From Candidatus Uhrbacteria bacterium (GTDB lineage: Bacteria > Patescibacteriota > Patescibacteriia > UBA9934 > GWF2-40-263), in the NCBI GenBank assembly GCA_016219925.1, contig JACRJU010000010.1, positions 32,147-96,146 of the forward strand: a DNA stretch of 64,000 bases, written 5' to 3'. A model generated the notes under the pieces. The model was not told the DNA's origin and did not search any database. It saw nothing but the letters and a program-made list of their open reading frames with translations. The position numbers were made by a program, and so were the translations under genes. Position 1 is the first letter of the stretch; every line of letters starts with the position of its first letter. Shown here in pieces: positions 19,178-28,976 of the stretch.

Positions 19178-19456
19178 TTAGAGCTCGGGGAAAAGTTGTT
19201 TCCCGGCTTCATCAAAAATAAAAATTGCGAGTGTCGGGCAAGACTGGGCGGCAAGCAAAATATTCTCCTGTTGCTCTTGGGTTACCTCAAGCCATCGTTC
19301 ATAGGTGGGACCACCTGGCGCTTGCCCATGGTCATACACCTCGGCTTTATTTTCACTGTTGAGTTGAAATGTTTCGGGCGCGATGGTAACGCACGAAGCC
19401 GCCCCGATACACAAGTCCTCATCGACTTTAATTCGAATCTTTGGCATAGACCTCAT
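19178..19456 (-). CDS. Ferredoxin (single [4Fe-4S]-type)
   Basis: 'PKIRIKVDEDLCIGAASCVTIAPETF'. Start ATG overlaps the nifU stop in ATGA fashion. Confidence 0.6.
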   Translation of the reverse strand: MRSMPKIRIKVDEDLCIGAASCVTIAPETFQLNSENKAEVYDHGQAPGGPTYERWLEVTQEQQENILLAAQSCPTLAIFIFDEAGKQLFPEL

Positions 19457-20103
19457 CAACCAAAATATTTTTCTTTATAAAAACGAATCAGCTCTTCGAC
19501 GGCCGGCAAACAACTGGGATTGCCAATGCCCACTTTGGTCTTTTGCTGAACGAGCTCAATTGTATGCGCACCATCGAGCACCGCCTCCTCGATATCATGA
19601 TCCGTCACTTTTGAAACCTGATCAATAATCCGAAACGCTTCAACCAATATTTTATCAGTCTGTCCGCTTCTGCGGTAATAGTCATTGATCGCATCGCGAA
19701 GCGCTTTGTCGCACAGCACCGAGCAATGAAACTTTCGCTGTGGGAGACCTCCCAAACGCTCCATAATATCTTGCGGCTTGAGCTGACGTGCTTGCTCAAG
19801 CGTCATTCCACCGTTCTCTGTCACCATGACCGATGCCATCGATGTTGACGCGATCGCGCTTCCGCATCCGAATGTTCGCCAATGGAAATCTGTAATGCGC
19901 TCGGTCGTTGGATCCACCTTCATCCAAACACGCAACTCGTCGCCACAAGCCGGCGATCCGACTTTGCCGATGGCATTGTATTGGGTTTCATCAGCCTGCT
20001 CATGCATGAAATTGCGCGGATGGAAAAAATGATCCTTCACGATATCCGTGTAGAACCACGATTGGGTTTTGTCGCGTGAGGATACATCAGCCATAAACTT
20101 CAT
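19456..20103 (-). CDS. nifU: Fe-S cluster assembly scaffold NifU/IscU-like
   Basis: 'GSPACGDELRVWMKV', 'HCSVLCDKALRDAINDY'. Confidence 0.8.
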   Translation of the reverse strand: MKFMADVSSRDKTQSWFYTDIVKDHFFHPRNFMHEQADETQYNAIGKVGSPACGDELRVWMKVDPTTERITDFHWRTFGCGSAIASTSMASVMVTENGGMTLEQARQLKPQDIMERLGGLPQRKFHCSVLCDKALRDAINDYYRRSGQTDKILVEAFRIIDQVSKVTDHDIEEAVLDGAHTIELVQQKTKVGIGNPSCLPAVEELIRFYKEKYFG

Positions 20104-20233
20104 GGGGATCTCTGCAAAACTCGATGAGATTTGCTCAAACGGGCTGTTGATCCCCGCGAACCCTACTGAAACGTAGGGAGAGCAGGGTCAACGGGCGCAC
20201 GTGAGAGCAAAGATCGCGAGTTTTGCAGAGGTC

Positions 20234-21433
20234 CTAGCGAAAATATTTTTCATCAACCCTTACTGGGCTTATTGATCGTAATTTGGCAACCAGTGGCGGA
20301 AGAGTTTCAAGCACATAGGCGATATCCTCCTTGGTTGTCGCGTGCCCGAGGGTAAACCGCAATGATCCGTGCGCCACCTCATAAGGCATCCCGAGCGCGA
20401 GAATGACGTGGGACGGATCAAGCGATGCGCTGGTACACGCAGAACCTGTTGAAGAAAAAATACCTGCGGCATCAAGGTACAACAGAAGTGCCTCCCCTTC
20501 AATATCCATGAAAGAAATATTCACATTGTTGGGAAGGCGTTTCGTGCGATGGCCGTTTAGGCGCACTTTCGGAATTGTTTTTATGATCCCTTCGATAAGC
20601 TCATCGCGCAGGGGAATCAGACGCTCTGATTCATGCTGAAGATCGCCCTGAACCAGTTCAAACGCGCGCGCCATGCCAACAATACCAGCCACATGTTCTG
20701 TCCCAGGACGCAAACCGCGCTCTTGAGGTCCGCCAAACAAGAGCGGCTGAAGTTTGATCCCTCGTTTTACATACAAAACCCCCACTCCTTTAGGACCGTA
20801 CATTTTGGAACCGTTGATCGTCAATAAATCAACATGAAGTTTCTCAACATTCAACGGAAAAAACCCGGTAGCTTGGCAGGCATCCGTGTGAAAAACTGGC
20901 CAGGCTCGCCCCTTCTCTTGGCGAAATTTCTGAATCACGTTCCCGATTTCACTGATCGGTTGAATCGTCCCAATCTCATTGTTGGCGGCCATGATCGAAA
21001 CGAGAATTGTATCCTCGCGCAAAGCCCTTGCCACCTGCTCTGGGGTAATCAACCCTTCTTTATCCGGCGAAAGATACGTCACTTGAAAACCTTCTTTCTT
21101 TTCCAAATGCATCACGGCTTCCAAAACCGCATGATGCTCAATCAAAGAGGTGATGAGATGTTTGCCTGTTTTTTGATTGGCTCGTGCATATCCGAGCACG
21201 GCGAGATTATCTGATTCTGTGCCAGAAGATGTAAACAAAAGTTCATCCGGTCGAGCCCCCAAAATTTCCGCGATGGATGAGCGCGCCTCGTCTATAGCAT
21301 CTTTGGCTTGTTTACCCAGTGTATGGAAACTCGATGGGTTGCCAAAACGATCTTTCAAATACGGCAACATGACCTCAAGCACGCGAGGATCAAGGGGAGT
21401 GGTGGCGGCATGATCAAGATAAACGGAGGGCAT
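20234..21433 (-). CDS. Cysteine desulfurase (NifS/IscS family)
   Basis: 'TSSGTESDNLA', 'ITSLIEHHAV', 'INGSKMYGPKGVGVLY'. Class V aminotransferase. Confidence 0.9.
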   Translation of the reverse strand: MPSVYLDHAATTPLDPRVLEVMLPYLKDRFGNPSSFHTLGKQAKDAIDEARSSIAEILGARPDELLFTSSGTESDNLAVLGYARANQKTGKHLITSLIEHHAVLEAVMHLEKKEGFQVTYLSPDKEGLITPEQVARALREDTILVSIMAANNEIGTIQPISEIGNVIQKFRQEKGRAWPVFHTDACQATGFFPLNVEKLHVDLLTINGSKMYGPKGVGVLYVKRGIKLQPLLFGGPQERGLRPGTEHVAGIVGMARAFELVQGDLQHESERLIPLRDELIEGIIKTIPKVRLNGHRTKRLPNNVNISFMDIEGEALLLYLDAAGIFSSTGSACTSASLDPSHVILALGMPYEVAHGSLRFTLGHATTKEDIAYVLETLPPLVAKLRSISPVRVDEKYFR

Positions 21434-21483
21434 AAATCAAAAAGACGGTAACAAAAAATTTCCCTACTTTCAAGAGTGGCCAC

Positions 21484-21681
21484 CTACTCCAACTCCTCAT
21501 CCTCTTCAAAATCCGCAAAAAGCGCAGGGTCTTCCAAATAACGTTTCAGACATTTTTCGCTACAAAATGTCAAAAGCTTGCCAAGATACTCTCTCGTCAC
21601 GGCCTGTGTGAGATCCATTATGGGGATATGGCACACATCGCACTCATTCGTTTGCTCACCTAACGACATTTCGTGGTTCAT
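21484..21681 (-). CDS. Small zinc-ribbon protein (YHS/TRASH-like), acidic C-terminus
   Basis: 'ECDVCHIP...FCSEKCLKRY'. Start overlaps the VIT1 stop in ATGA fashion. Confidence 0.35.
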   Translation of the reverse strand: MNHEMSLGEQTNECDVCHIPIMDLTQAVTREYLGKLLTFCSEKCLKRYLEDPALFADFEEDEELE

Positions 21682-22226
21682 ACATTTATCCCAAAATACC
21701 AATTCACCGCGCGCGCAATCACATACCCAATAAGCGCGGCGGAAAGCGAGATGATGGCCATTTCGACCCCACTACGAAAAGCCGGGCGTTTGGTAAAATG
21801 CGATGACCAGACCCCGACTAAAAATAACACAACAGCGGTAAGAGGAATCGAGACGATAAGGGCAAAAGAAATGGGGAACAAAAAATACGGCAATAACGGA
21901 ACAACCCCACCAACCAGATAACACAGGCCCATGACCATTGCCGCGCGGACAGGGCTCTCTTGTGTGTGGGGGGAAATTCCATCATGACGATGAATGACCG
22001 CCTCGGTTTCCAAGGCAGATTTTGAGGAAAGATAACTGCCTGCCGCCATCGACGTGCACTCGGCAGCCAAAATAACGAGTCCAGAAAGAATAACGATAAA
22101 GGTGTTGTTTGCACCAATCGCTATTCCTGTCAGGGCTCCGAGCGTCGAGACGAGAGAGTCTTCCAAACCAAATACAATTTCCCGTATCGACTCGGAGATC
22201 CATCGCTCCAAAGAGAGGTTCGACAT
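21678..22226 (-). CDS. VIT1/CCC1-family iron/manganese transporter
   Basis: 'EIVFGLEDSLVSTLGALTGIAIGANNTFIVILSGLVILAAECTSMAAGSYLS'. Confidence 0.7.
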   Translation of the reverse strand: MSNLSLERWISESIREIVFGLEDSLVSTLGALTGIAIGANNTFIVILSGLVILAAECTSMAAGSYLSSKSALETEAVIHRHDGISPHTQESPVRAAMVMGLCYLVGGVVPLLPYFLFPISFALIVSIPLTAVVLFLVGVWSSHFTKRPAFRSGVEMAIISLSAALIGYVIARAVNWYFGINV

Positions 22227-22296
22227 ATACCGTAATTATAATGCCGGGATTGATTTTCGGAAACGTTTTTGATACATTCCCCCCAGTCGATGCTTC

Positions 22297-22371
22297 TGGC
22301 CACGTGGCGAAGTGGTAACGCAGGGGTCTGCAAAACCTCGATGCGCCGGTCCGATTCCGGCCGTGGCCTCC
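22297..22371 (+). tRNA. tRNA-Cys (anticodon GCA), encoded CCA
   Basis: Acceptor ggccacg/cgtggcc, anticodon loop ctGCAaa, T-loop, discriminator t, then CCA. Confidence 0.7.
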
Positions 22372-22405
22372 AATCAAAACACCGAGCGCGTGCTCGGTGT
22401 TTTGA

Positions 22406-23044
22406 TTAAAAAATTTCAACCGTCACATACTTTAATCCAAACTGTTTGGCCGCATCTTTCTGTTTCATCCAGACGTCCAAGTGGTATCGATAGCGCTGGT
22501 TCATGCGATCCTCCACATAGAAAACACGGTCCCCATACAACTCTGGAATACGTACGCGCGTCCCCATAGGCAAAAAGTTAGCTGCAACGATATTTTCGGT
22601 ATCGCGCTCACAAACATCGAGTCCAGAAGCTGTCACACAAGGAGAATTATCCGTTTGACCAACCTCGGAAGTATAAGCCGTCACTGGAAGACGTATCGTT
22701 CGGCGCGCGCTGGCCTTATCCGATTCAGGTAAGTGGCCGTAAGGACGCGTTTCGTTTTTCATCTGCTCAATAATAAGCGCAACGGTTTGATCATCAAGCG
22801 TAACCTGTTCGCGTTCCATGTCCGCATTCGCAATGGTCGGAAAAAGCACGTAGGTTCCCAACACGGCCACGAGTAAAAGAACGGAAAAATCCAAAGCAAA
22901 GTGTTTTGCTTTACGAACAGGAAAAATAATCGCGTGAGAAACTTCAGAAATCCAAGAGACTCCCGCCTGAATTTTCTTCTTTAGAGCATTCATCATACCC
23001 CGTACCATCCTCCTACAGAGGCACGAGACATAAAAAATGCACAA
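22406..23044 (-). CDS. Membrane-anchored 3D-domain protein (MltA/YocH-like cell-wall binding)
   Basis: 'TASGLDVCERDTENIVAANFLPMGTRVRIPELYGDRVFYVEDRM' is a 3D-domain signature. N-terminal transmembrane anchor. Confidence 0.5.
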   Translation of the reverse strand: MCIFYVSCLCRRMVRGMMNALKKKIQAGVSWISEVSHAIIFPVRKAKHFALDFSVLLLVAVLGTYVLFPTIANADMEREQVTLDDQTVALIIEQMKNETRPYGHLPESDKASARRTIRLPVTAYTSEVGQTDNSPCVTASGLDVCERDTENIVAANFLPMGTRVRIPELYGDRVFYVEDRMNQRYRYHLDVWMKQKDAAKQFGLKYVTVEIF

Positions 23045-23179
23045 TGTTCCACCTAAATAAAAAGCTCCCCTTGTCTCTTGGGAGCTTATTTAGGTTACCA
23101 TAAAAATCGTGTTTTGTCAATCGAAAGTTATCCGCACCTATTCCCTCGCATCATTTTTCCCTATATCCTTATATCAGCT

Positions 23180-26113
23180 ATGTCCCAATATACGTACAGT
23201 TCGCACGGTTGGAAATCTCGTCGCCCTCTGCGCAGTCGCTTGCCAAAAACCGGTCTCATTAAAAATCTCGTCCTGCTCGCCATCGCGCTTGGATTTGCTG
23301 GGTCGCTTGCCCTCCTGGCTCTTTTTGCGGTTGCCAGTCACAACCTCCCCAATCCAAACGCGCTGACGAAACGTTCTATTTCTCAAACCACAAAAATCTA
23401 CGATCGCACAGGCGAGCATGTGCTGTATGAAATTTTCGGTAACGAAAACCGCACGCTGAAAAAAGTCCAAGAAGGCTTTTGCAAAGACGACCTCAAACTG
23501 GAAACAGACCCCAATGGCATCCCCTTGTTTGCTTTGCAAGCGACCATCGCCGCTGAAGATCGCAACTTTTGCAAACATGGCGGATTTGATCTTAAAGGAA
23601 TCGCGCGCGCATTCTTCCAAAACCTCACAGGCAACCGGGTAGGAGGATCAACGCTCACCCAACAGCTCGTCAAAAACGCAATTCTATCGAATGAAAAAAC
23701 GCTCATGCGCAAAGTTAAAGAACTCGTCCTCTCGATTGAACTTGAACGCCGTTATCACAAAGATGAAATCCTCCAGATTTATTTCAATGAGATTCCCTAC
23801 GGCTCGACCTACTACGGCATTGAGGCCGCCGCACAAAATTTTTTTCATACCTCCGCAGATAAACTGACTCTCGCGCAAGCTGCCACCCTCGCCGCTCTCC
23901 CTAAAGCGCCAACGACCTACCTTAATAATCCAGACCGCTTGCTTGCTCGTCGCAACTATGTCCTCGATCAAATGAAAGGGCTTGGATTCATCAGTAAAGA
24001 ACAGGCCGTCGCTGCGGAAAAAGAACAAACCCCTATCGAAACTCGCCTTTCCAATATTGAAGCTCCACATTTTGTTTTATACGTGAAAGAACTTCTTGAA
24101 GAAAAATATGGACAACAGGCCGTCGAAGAAGGAGGCCTCAAGGTGATCACCACTCTAAACTACGACGATCAAAAAATCGCCGAAGAAGAAGTAAAAAAAG
24201 AAGTGGAGGCCCGAGGAAAAGAACGCGGGTTTTCCAATGCGGCCCTTATCGCTCTTGATCCCAAAACTGGTCAGATTTTGAGCATGGTAGGATCAAAAGA
24301 TTATTTCGATGACTCAATTGATGGACAAGTCAACGTCACAACCCGCTTGCGCCAACCCGGATCCAGCTTCAAACCGATCGTTTATGCTAAAGCGTTTGAG
24401 ATGGGATACACCCCCAACACGGTGCTGTGGGATGTCGAAACGACCTTCCCAACTGTAACAGGAGCTTATACCCCTCATAACTACGATCTCCAAGAGCGCG
24501 GACCTGTTCGTCTGCGCGATGCTCTTCAAATGTCGCTTAACATCCCTGCTGTTAAACTGGTTTATCTCGTTGGGGTTGAAAACGCTCTTGATTTTGCCAC
24601 ATCGCTCGGTTACAGCACGTTTGGCGATCATAGCGCTTTTGGTCTTTCAATTGTTTTGGGTGGAGGGGAAGTTAAACTGATCGAGCACACGGCGGCTTAC
24701 GGCGTTTTCGCAAACAACGGCGTAAAGATGGACACGGTTTCTCTTTTGCGTGTGGAAGATAGCGACGGAACGGTGCTCGAGGAATGGAAACCAAACAAAG
24801 GGAAGCGAGTCGTTGACGAAAATGTTACGCGTACCCTGACGCATGTCCTCTCTGACAACAACGCGCGCATTCCGGTCTTTGGGGCCGCGAGTCATCTTCA
24901 ACTTGGCGATCGTCCGGTTGCGGCCAAAACAGGAACCACCAACGACAACAAAGACGCTTGGCTCATTGGCTATACCCCCTCGCTTGTGGTTGGGGTATGG
25001 GGCGGCAACAATAACAACAAACCGATGGTGAAAGGCGCAGGCGGTTCTTCGGTCTCGGCACCGATCTGGAACGGATTCATGCGTCGCGCCCTTGCAAACA
25101 CCCCCATCGAAACCTTCATTCCACCCGTCATCAAACAAACAGGCAAGCCGATCCTCGACGGACAAATCGGATCAACCAAAGCGATCGTTGATAAAACAAC
25201 AGGGAAACTTGCCACACAGTACACGCCAGAATCCCAAAAAGAAGAACGCGTGTTTGCGCAGTATCATTCCATCCTACACGACGTAGATCGAGCCAATCCC
25301 CTTGGAGATCCTCCCAAAGACCCCAACGCCGATCCTTATTATACGTCGTGGGAACAGGGGATTGCTCGTTGGATCAAAAAACAGGAAGAAAAAACCGGAA
25401 AAAAAATCGTGTCGCAAGATCCCCCAACGCAGTTTGACGATGTGCATATTCCGGAAAATTTCCCCACCATCAAGTGGATCAAACCCTCCGATGGTCAATT
25501 TGTCTCACGGAACCTTGAGGCAGAAGCGTTTGCGAGCGCCCCGCGCGGTATTGCTCGCGTCGAATTCTTTGTTGATGGATTTTATCTGGGTTCAGATAAC
25601 ACCCAACCGTTTCAATTTTCTGGAACCCTTCCAAGTTCAATAGACCGAGGTCTGCACACACTCAAAGCGGTCGCCTATGACGATGTAGAAAACTCGGGGT
25701 CCATCACACAAAATATTCAAGTTGCAGAAGAAGCCCCGGAAGAAACCCTCTCTCTTGTTGACCCAAAAAATGGACAGACCATCGAACAAAATGACGAACC
25801 TTATCGAGTCATCTTGTCCCTCAAACATCCCAGTCAGTACAGTTCGGTGCGTCTCTACGCCAACCCCATCGGTCCAGGACCAAGACAACTTATCGGAGAA
25901 CAAAACCATCCTACAAGCGTCTTTCAAACGATCGCATGGAAATTACCTACATCCGGGAATTACGCGTTGTTTGCTGAAGGCACAACGATCACAGGAGCGA
26001 CGGTCAAAACCGCGGGGATCACCGTTTCGGTTGTCCAAAAAACCCCGCAGGGCAACACCTCGGGGACTGGAGGAGAACTCTTTACTCCAACGAATCCGCT
26101 CAACCTTTTTTAA
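23180..26113 (+). CDS. Penicillin-binding protein 1A (bifunctional glycosyltransferase/transpeptidase) with C-terminal Ig-like extension
   Basis: Glycosyltransferase motifs 'EDRNFCKHGGFD', 'GGSTLTQQLVKN'. Transpeptidase 'SSFKP', 'KTGTTND'. Start moved to the internal ATG at 23180. Confidence 0.9.
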   Translation: MSQYTYSSHGWKSRRPLRSRLPKTGLIKNLVLLAIALGFAGSLALLALFAVASHNLPNPNALTKRSISQTTKIYDRTGEHVLYEIFGNENRTLKKVQEGFCKDDLKLETDPNGIPLFALQATIAAEDRNFCKHGGFDLKGIARAFFQNLTGNRVGGSTLTQQLVKNAILSNEKTLMRKVKELVLSIELERRYHKDEILQIYFNEIPYGSTYYGIEAAAQNFFHTSADKLTLAQAATLAALPKAPTTYLNNPDRLLARRNYVLDQMKGLGFISKEQAVAAEKEQTPIETRLSNIEAPHFVLYVKELLEEKYGQQAVEEGGLKVITTLNYDDQKIAEEEVKKEVEARGKERGFSNAALIALDPKTGQILSMVGSKDYFDDSIDGQVNVTTRLRQPGSSFKPIVYAKAFEMGYTPNTVLWDVETTFPTVTGAYTPHNYDLQERGPVRLRDALQMSLNIPAVKLVYLVGVENALDFATSLGYSTFGDHSAFGLSIVLGGGEVKLIEHTAAYGVFANNGVKMDTVSLLRVEDSDGTVLEEWKPNKGKRVVDENVTRTLTHVLSDNNARIPVFGAASHLQLGDRPVAAKTGTTNDNKDAWLIGYTPSLVVGVWGGNNNNKPMVKGAGGSSVSAPIWNGFMRRALANTPIETFIPPVIKQTGKPILDGQIGSTKAIVDKTTGKLATQYTPESQKEERVFAQYHSILHDVDRANPLGDPPKDPNADPYYTSWEQGIARWIKKQEEKTGKKIVSQDPPTQFDDVHIPENFPTIKWIKPSDGQFVSRNLEAEAFASAPRGIARVEFFVDGFYLGSDNTQPFQFSGTLPSSIDRGLHTLKAVAYDDVENSGSITQNIQVAEEAPEETLSLVDPKNGQTIEQNDEPYRVILSLKHPSQYSSVRLYANPIGPGPRQLIGEQNHPTSVFQTIAWKLPTSGNYALFAEGTTITGATVKTAGITVSVVQKTPQGNTSGTGGELFTPTNPLNLF

Positions 26114-26814
26114 GAAAGATACGCGCTTTGCATCACACCTTCTTTAGCAAGCTCGGAGGCTGAACCAGAAACTTTGATACGGCCTCCGGCGAGCAAATAC
26201 CCGCGGTCCACATAATGCAGAGCGAACCGAACATTTTGCTCTACGATCAACAGCGCGGTTCCTTCCTGCGCGAGTCGCTTTAACACCTCAAAAACCTCAT
26301 GCATCAGTTTAGGCGAAAGACCAAGCGATGGTTCGTCCAGCATGAGCAGTTTTGGTTGCGTCATGAGGGCCCGGCCGATGGCGAGCTGCTGTTGTTGGCC
26401 TCCTGAAAGATTTCCGGAAAGTTCGCGGCGTTTTTCACACAACACTGGAAACGTCTCATACACATGCTGTAAATTCGCGCGACACGTTTCTTTGTGATCA
26501 AGAAGATAGCCACCTATTTCCAAATTCTCTTCAACGGTTAAGCTCGAAAAAACCTGACGCCCTTGGGGCACATACCCCACCCCCTGCTCGATAAGCCCAT
26601 GGGTCGGCAGATGGGTAATGTCTATTCCATCAAACAAAATACGGCCGGCGGTTTTTGTCGTCATGGCATAAACCGATTTAAGCACAGTGGATTTCCCTGC
26701 CCCGTTTGGACCAATCAGAACCACCATTTCTGAGCTGTCGACCACAAGATTCACGTCTTCAAGGACGTGCAGATCGCCATAGCCGGCCGAGAGATTTTCA
26801 ATATGCATCAACAT
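26110..26814 (-). CDS. livF: Branched-chain amino acid ABC transporter ATP-binding protein (LivF-like)
   Basis: Walker A 'GPNGAGKST', signature 'LSGGQQQQLAIGRAL', Walker B 'LLMLDEPS'. Confidence 0.8.
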   Translation of the reverse strand: MLMHIENLSAGYGDLHVLEDVNLVVDSSEMVVLIGPNGAGKSTVLKSVYAMTTKTAGRILFDGIDITHLPTHGLIEQGVGYVPQGRQVFSSLTVEENLEIGGYLLDHKETCRANLQHVYETFPVLCEKRRELSGNLSGGQQQQLAIGRALMTQPKLLMLDEPSLGLSPKLMHEVFEVLKRLAQEGTALLIVEQNVRFALHYVDRGYLLAGGRIKVSGSASELAKEGVMQSAYLS

Positions 26815-26815
26815 A

Positions 26816-27367
26816 TTAGGTCAGCGTCGCGGATGGAAATTCATCCGGTTGATGAAAGTCTGGTTTATCGCCTGGCAAAGGGCTTAAAGAAAGAAACTGT
26901 CCGGCCATGTACACGAAAACGTTTAGGGCGCGCACATTTTCCGGAAGCAACCGATTTGGAATGACACATGCACTGATCCATGTTTTATGCGGGGTCTTCG
27001 TATATACGAGTGATGGGGAGAATTGGGAGAAATCATCACGACGGTGTCGGATACGATCGAACGAGAGCGCAAGAAAATGTCCACCCGCTCCTAACTCCAG
27101 TTCGAAATATTGATGCCCCGGACCTACCAAAAAAAGCTCAATGACATCGTCGTTCCAAAGTCCTTCCACTCGCGCGCCAATCGGCGCCTCTTTTGGGACC
27201 CGCATCTCAGGCAAGACTGGTCCTTCTGCTTTAATTTCAAGCCCTTCAGACACGACAGATAATTCCACTTTTCCCCACACGCGTTCATCCGGACAGAGCT
27301 GACCGTTCCACAGCCGATCAACGCGCAAAGCGAGGGTCTCTGGGTGTCTGGGGACGATGAGCATCAT
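26816..27367 (-). CDS. Hypothetical protein, CBM9/DOMON-like fold suspected
   Basis: 'VEGLWNDDVIELFL' resembles the CBM9-type 'W-DD-vE-F' motif. Wedged between livG and livF with 4-nt ATGA overlaps on both sides. Confidence 0.35.
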   Translation of the reverse strand: MMLIVPRHPETLALRVDRLWNGQLCPDERVWGKVELSVVSEGLEIKAEGPVLPEMRVPKEAPIGARVEGLWNDDVIELFLVGPGHQYFELELGAGGHFLALSFDRIRHRRDDFSQFSPSLVYTKTPHKTWISACVIPNRLLPENVRALNVFVYMAGQFLSLSPLPGDKPDFHQPDEFPSATLT

Positions 27368-28161
27368 AGGGCCGGTCCTAAATAGGCTTCCAGGACACGG
27401 GCATCGGACAGGACCTCGTGCGGCAGACCTTGTGTAAGAACGCGACCTTGATTCATCACGATAACCTTATCCGCGACCCGACGCACGAAATCCATGTCAT
27501 GCTCAATAAGCAAAACGGTCTCTCCTTTTTCCCTAAGCGCGCACAACGTTTTCTTAAACTGATCGCGTAGAACCGGATTCACTCCAGCCACCGGCTCATC
27601 AAGCATGAGCAGGTCGTGAGGATTCAAAAGGGCGCGGGCAAGATCAAACAGTTTTTGCTGGCCATAGGACAGATCGGTTACAATGGTGTGTGGATCCTTA
27701 TCCAGTCCGACAAACGTCATCATCTCTTGTATGCGGCTATGTTCTTGAGGGTCGGCTTTGATCGTGCGCAGGAACATTTTTAAAAATTGGTCATCATCTT
27801 CACGCAGAGCAATCAACAGATTGTCCTCAATAGAGAGATTGCGAAAGAGACGTGAAGTTTGGAAGGTGCGCGAGATTCCCGCGCGCGAGCGACGCCAAAT
27901 GTTTTGATGTGTTAGGTTTATATTTTTAAAAAAAATCTCCCCAGAATCAACAGGGAAGAACCCAGAAATCAAATTGAACACTGTAGTCTTACCGGCGCCG
28001 TTTGGCCCGATAAGCGCGGTGATTTTTCCAGAATCAATTTCAAAATGACAACCGTCCACGGCCTGAACCCCTCCGAAATGTTTCGTTAGATTTTTTACAG
28101 AGAGCATAGGGCTAGTCGAGGTCGGCGCGACCGAGTAAACCTTTTGGTCGCCACAACACAA
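27364..28161 (-). CDS. livG: Branched-chain amino acid ABC transporter ATP-binding protein (LivG-like)
   Basis: 'GPNGAGKTT', 'LSYGQQKLFDLARAL', 'LLMLDEPVAGV'. Confidence 0.8.
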   Translation of the reverse strand: MCCGDQKVYSVAPTSTSPMLSVKNLTKHFGGVQAVDGCHFEIDSGKITALIGPNGAGKTTVFNLISGFFPVDSGEIFFKNINLTHQNIWRRSRAGISRTFQTSRLFRNLSIEDNLLIALREDDDQFLKMFLRTIKADPQEHSRIQEMMTFVGLDKDPHTIVTDLSYGQQKLFDLARALLNPHDLLMLDEPVAGVNPVLRDQFKKTLCALREKGETVLLIEHDMDFVRRVADKVIVMNQGRVLTQGLPHEVLSDARVLEAYLGPAL

Positions 28162-28972
28162 TGATCACAAGGACCGCCATAAATATCATCACCCGCAAAG
28201 GCCCAATGAGTGATGAAGGAATAGCAAAAAATCTAAGAGACTCCGAAATCACAAACACAAGAATCACCCCCACAAGCGATCCGCGCAGGGACGCGAGCCC
28301 GCCGATCACAACAGCCGCGAGCGCAAGCACAAGAGGGTCAAGCCAAAAGGTCCCGGGATTGATGAGCCGCAAAAAATGAGCAAGGAGTGATCCGGAGAGA
28401 CCAACAAAAAACCCAGAAAGAGCCATGGCTGTGATCTTCGCACGCTCCACATTTTTCCCAAGGCTCTCAGCCACTTGTTCATCGTCACGGATAGCTTCAA
28501 GCACACGTCCAAACGGAGATGAAACCGTTTGATTCAAAATGATATAAGCCACCGCAAGCACGAGCAAGACAAGAATGAAAAAGAAAAATGGATCGGTGAA
28601 ACCCTCTGGACGCATGATGCCGCGGACACCAAGCGTCCCGCGCGTAAGACTCGTCCAATTGATAAACACAGCAGAAGTCACGAACATAAAGCCCAAAGTC
28701 AGCAAGGCAAAATAATCGTCCTTGATGCGCCGGCTCGGAAGAGCAAGCAAAGCCCCGAAGACAGCGGCGGAGATTCCCGCAAGCACAAATGCTGGAAAAA
28801 ACGAAAATCCAAACTTCGTTGTTAAAATGGCACTGACATAAGCGCCAATCCCCATCAGTCCAACATGCCCTAAATTCACCAGACCTGTGTAACCCATCGC
28901 GAGATTAAAAGAAATGGCGATCAGGCCATAAATAGCCACGAGGGTAAAGATGTGAATGAGGAAGTTGACCAT
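28112..28972 (-). CDS. livM: Branched-chain amino acid ABC transporter permease (LivM-like)
   Basis: Polytopic permease following LivH. 5' end overlaps livG. Confidence 0.7.
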   Translation of the reverse strand: MVNFLIHIFTLVAIYGLIAISFNLAMGYTGLVNLGHVGLMGIGAYVSAILTTKFGFSFFPAFVLAGISAAVFGALLALPSRRIKDDYFALLTLGFMFVTSAVFINWTSLTRGTLGVRGIMRPEGFTDPFFFFILVLLVLAVAYIILNQTVSSPFGRVLEAIRDDEQVAESLGKNVERAKITAMALSGFFVGLSGSLLAHFLRLINPGTFWLDPLVLALAAVVIGGLASLRGSLVGVILVFVISESLRFFAIPSSLIGPLRVMIFMAVLVIIVLWRPKGLLGRADLD

Positions 28973-28976
28973 ACTG

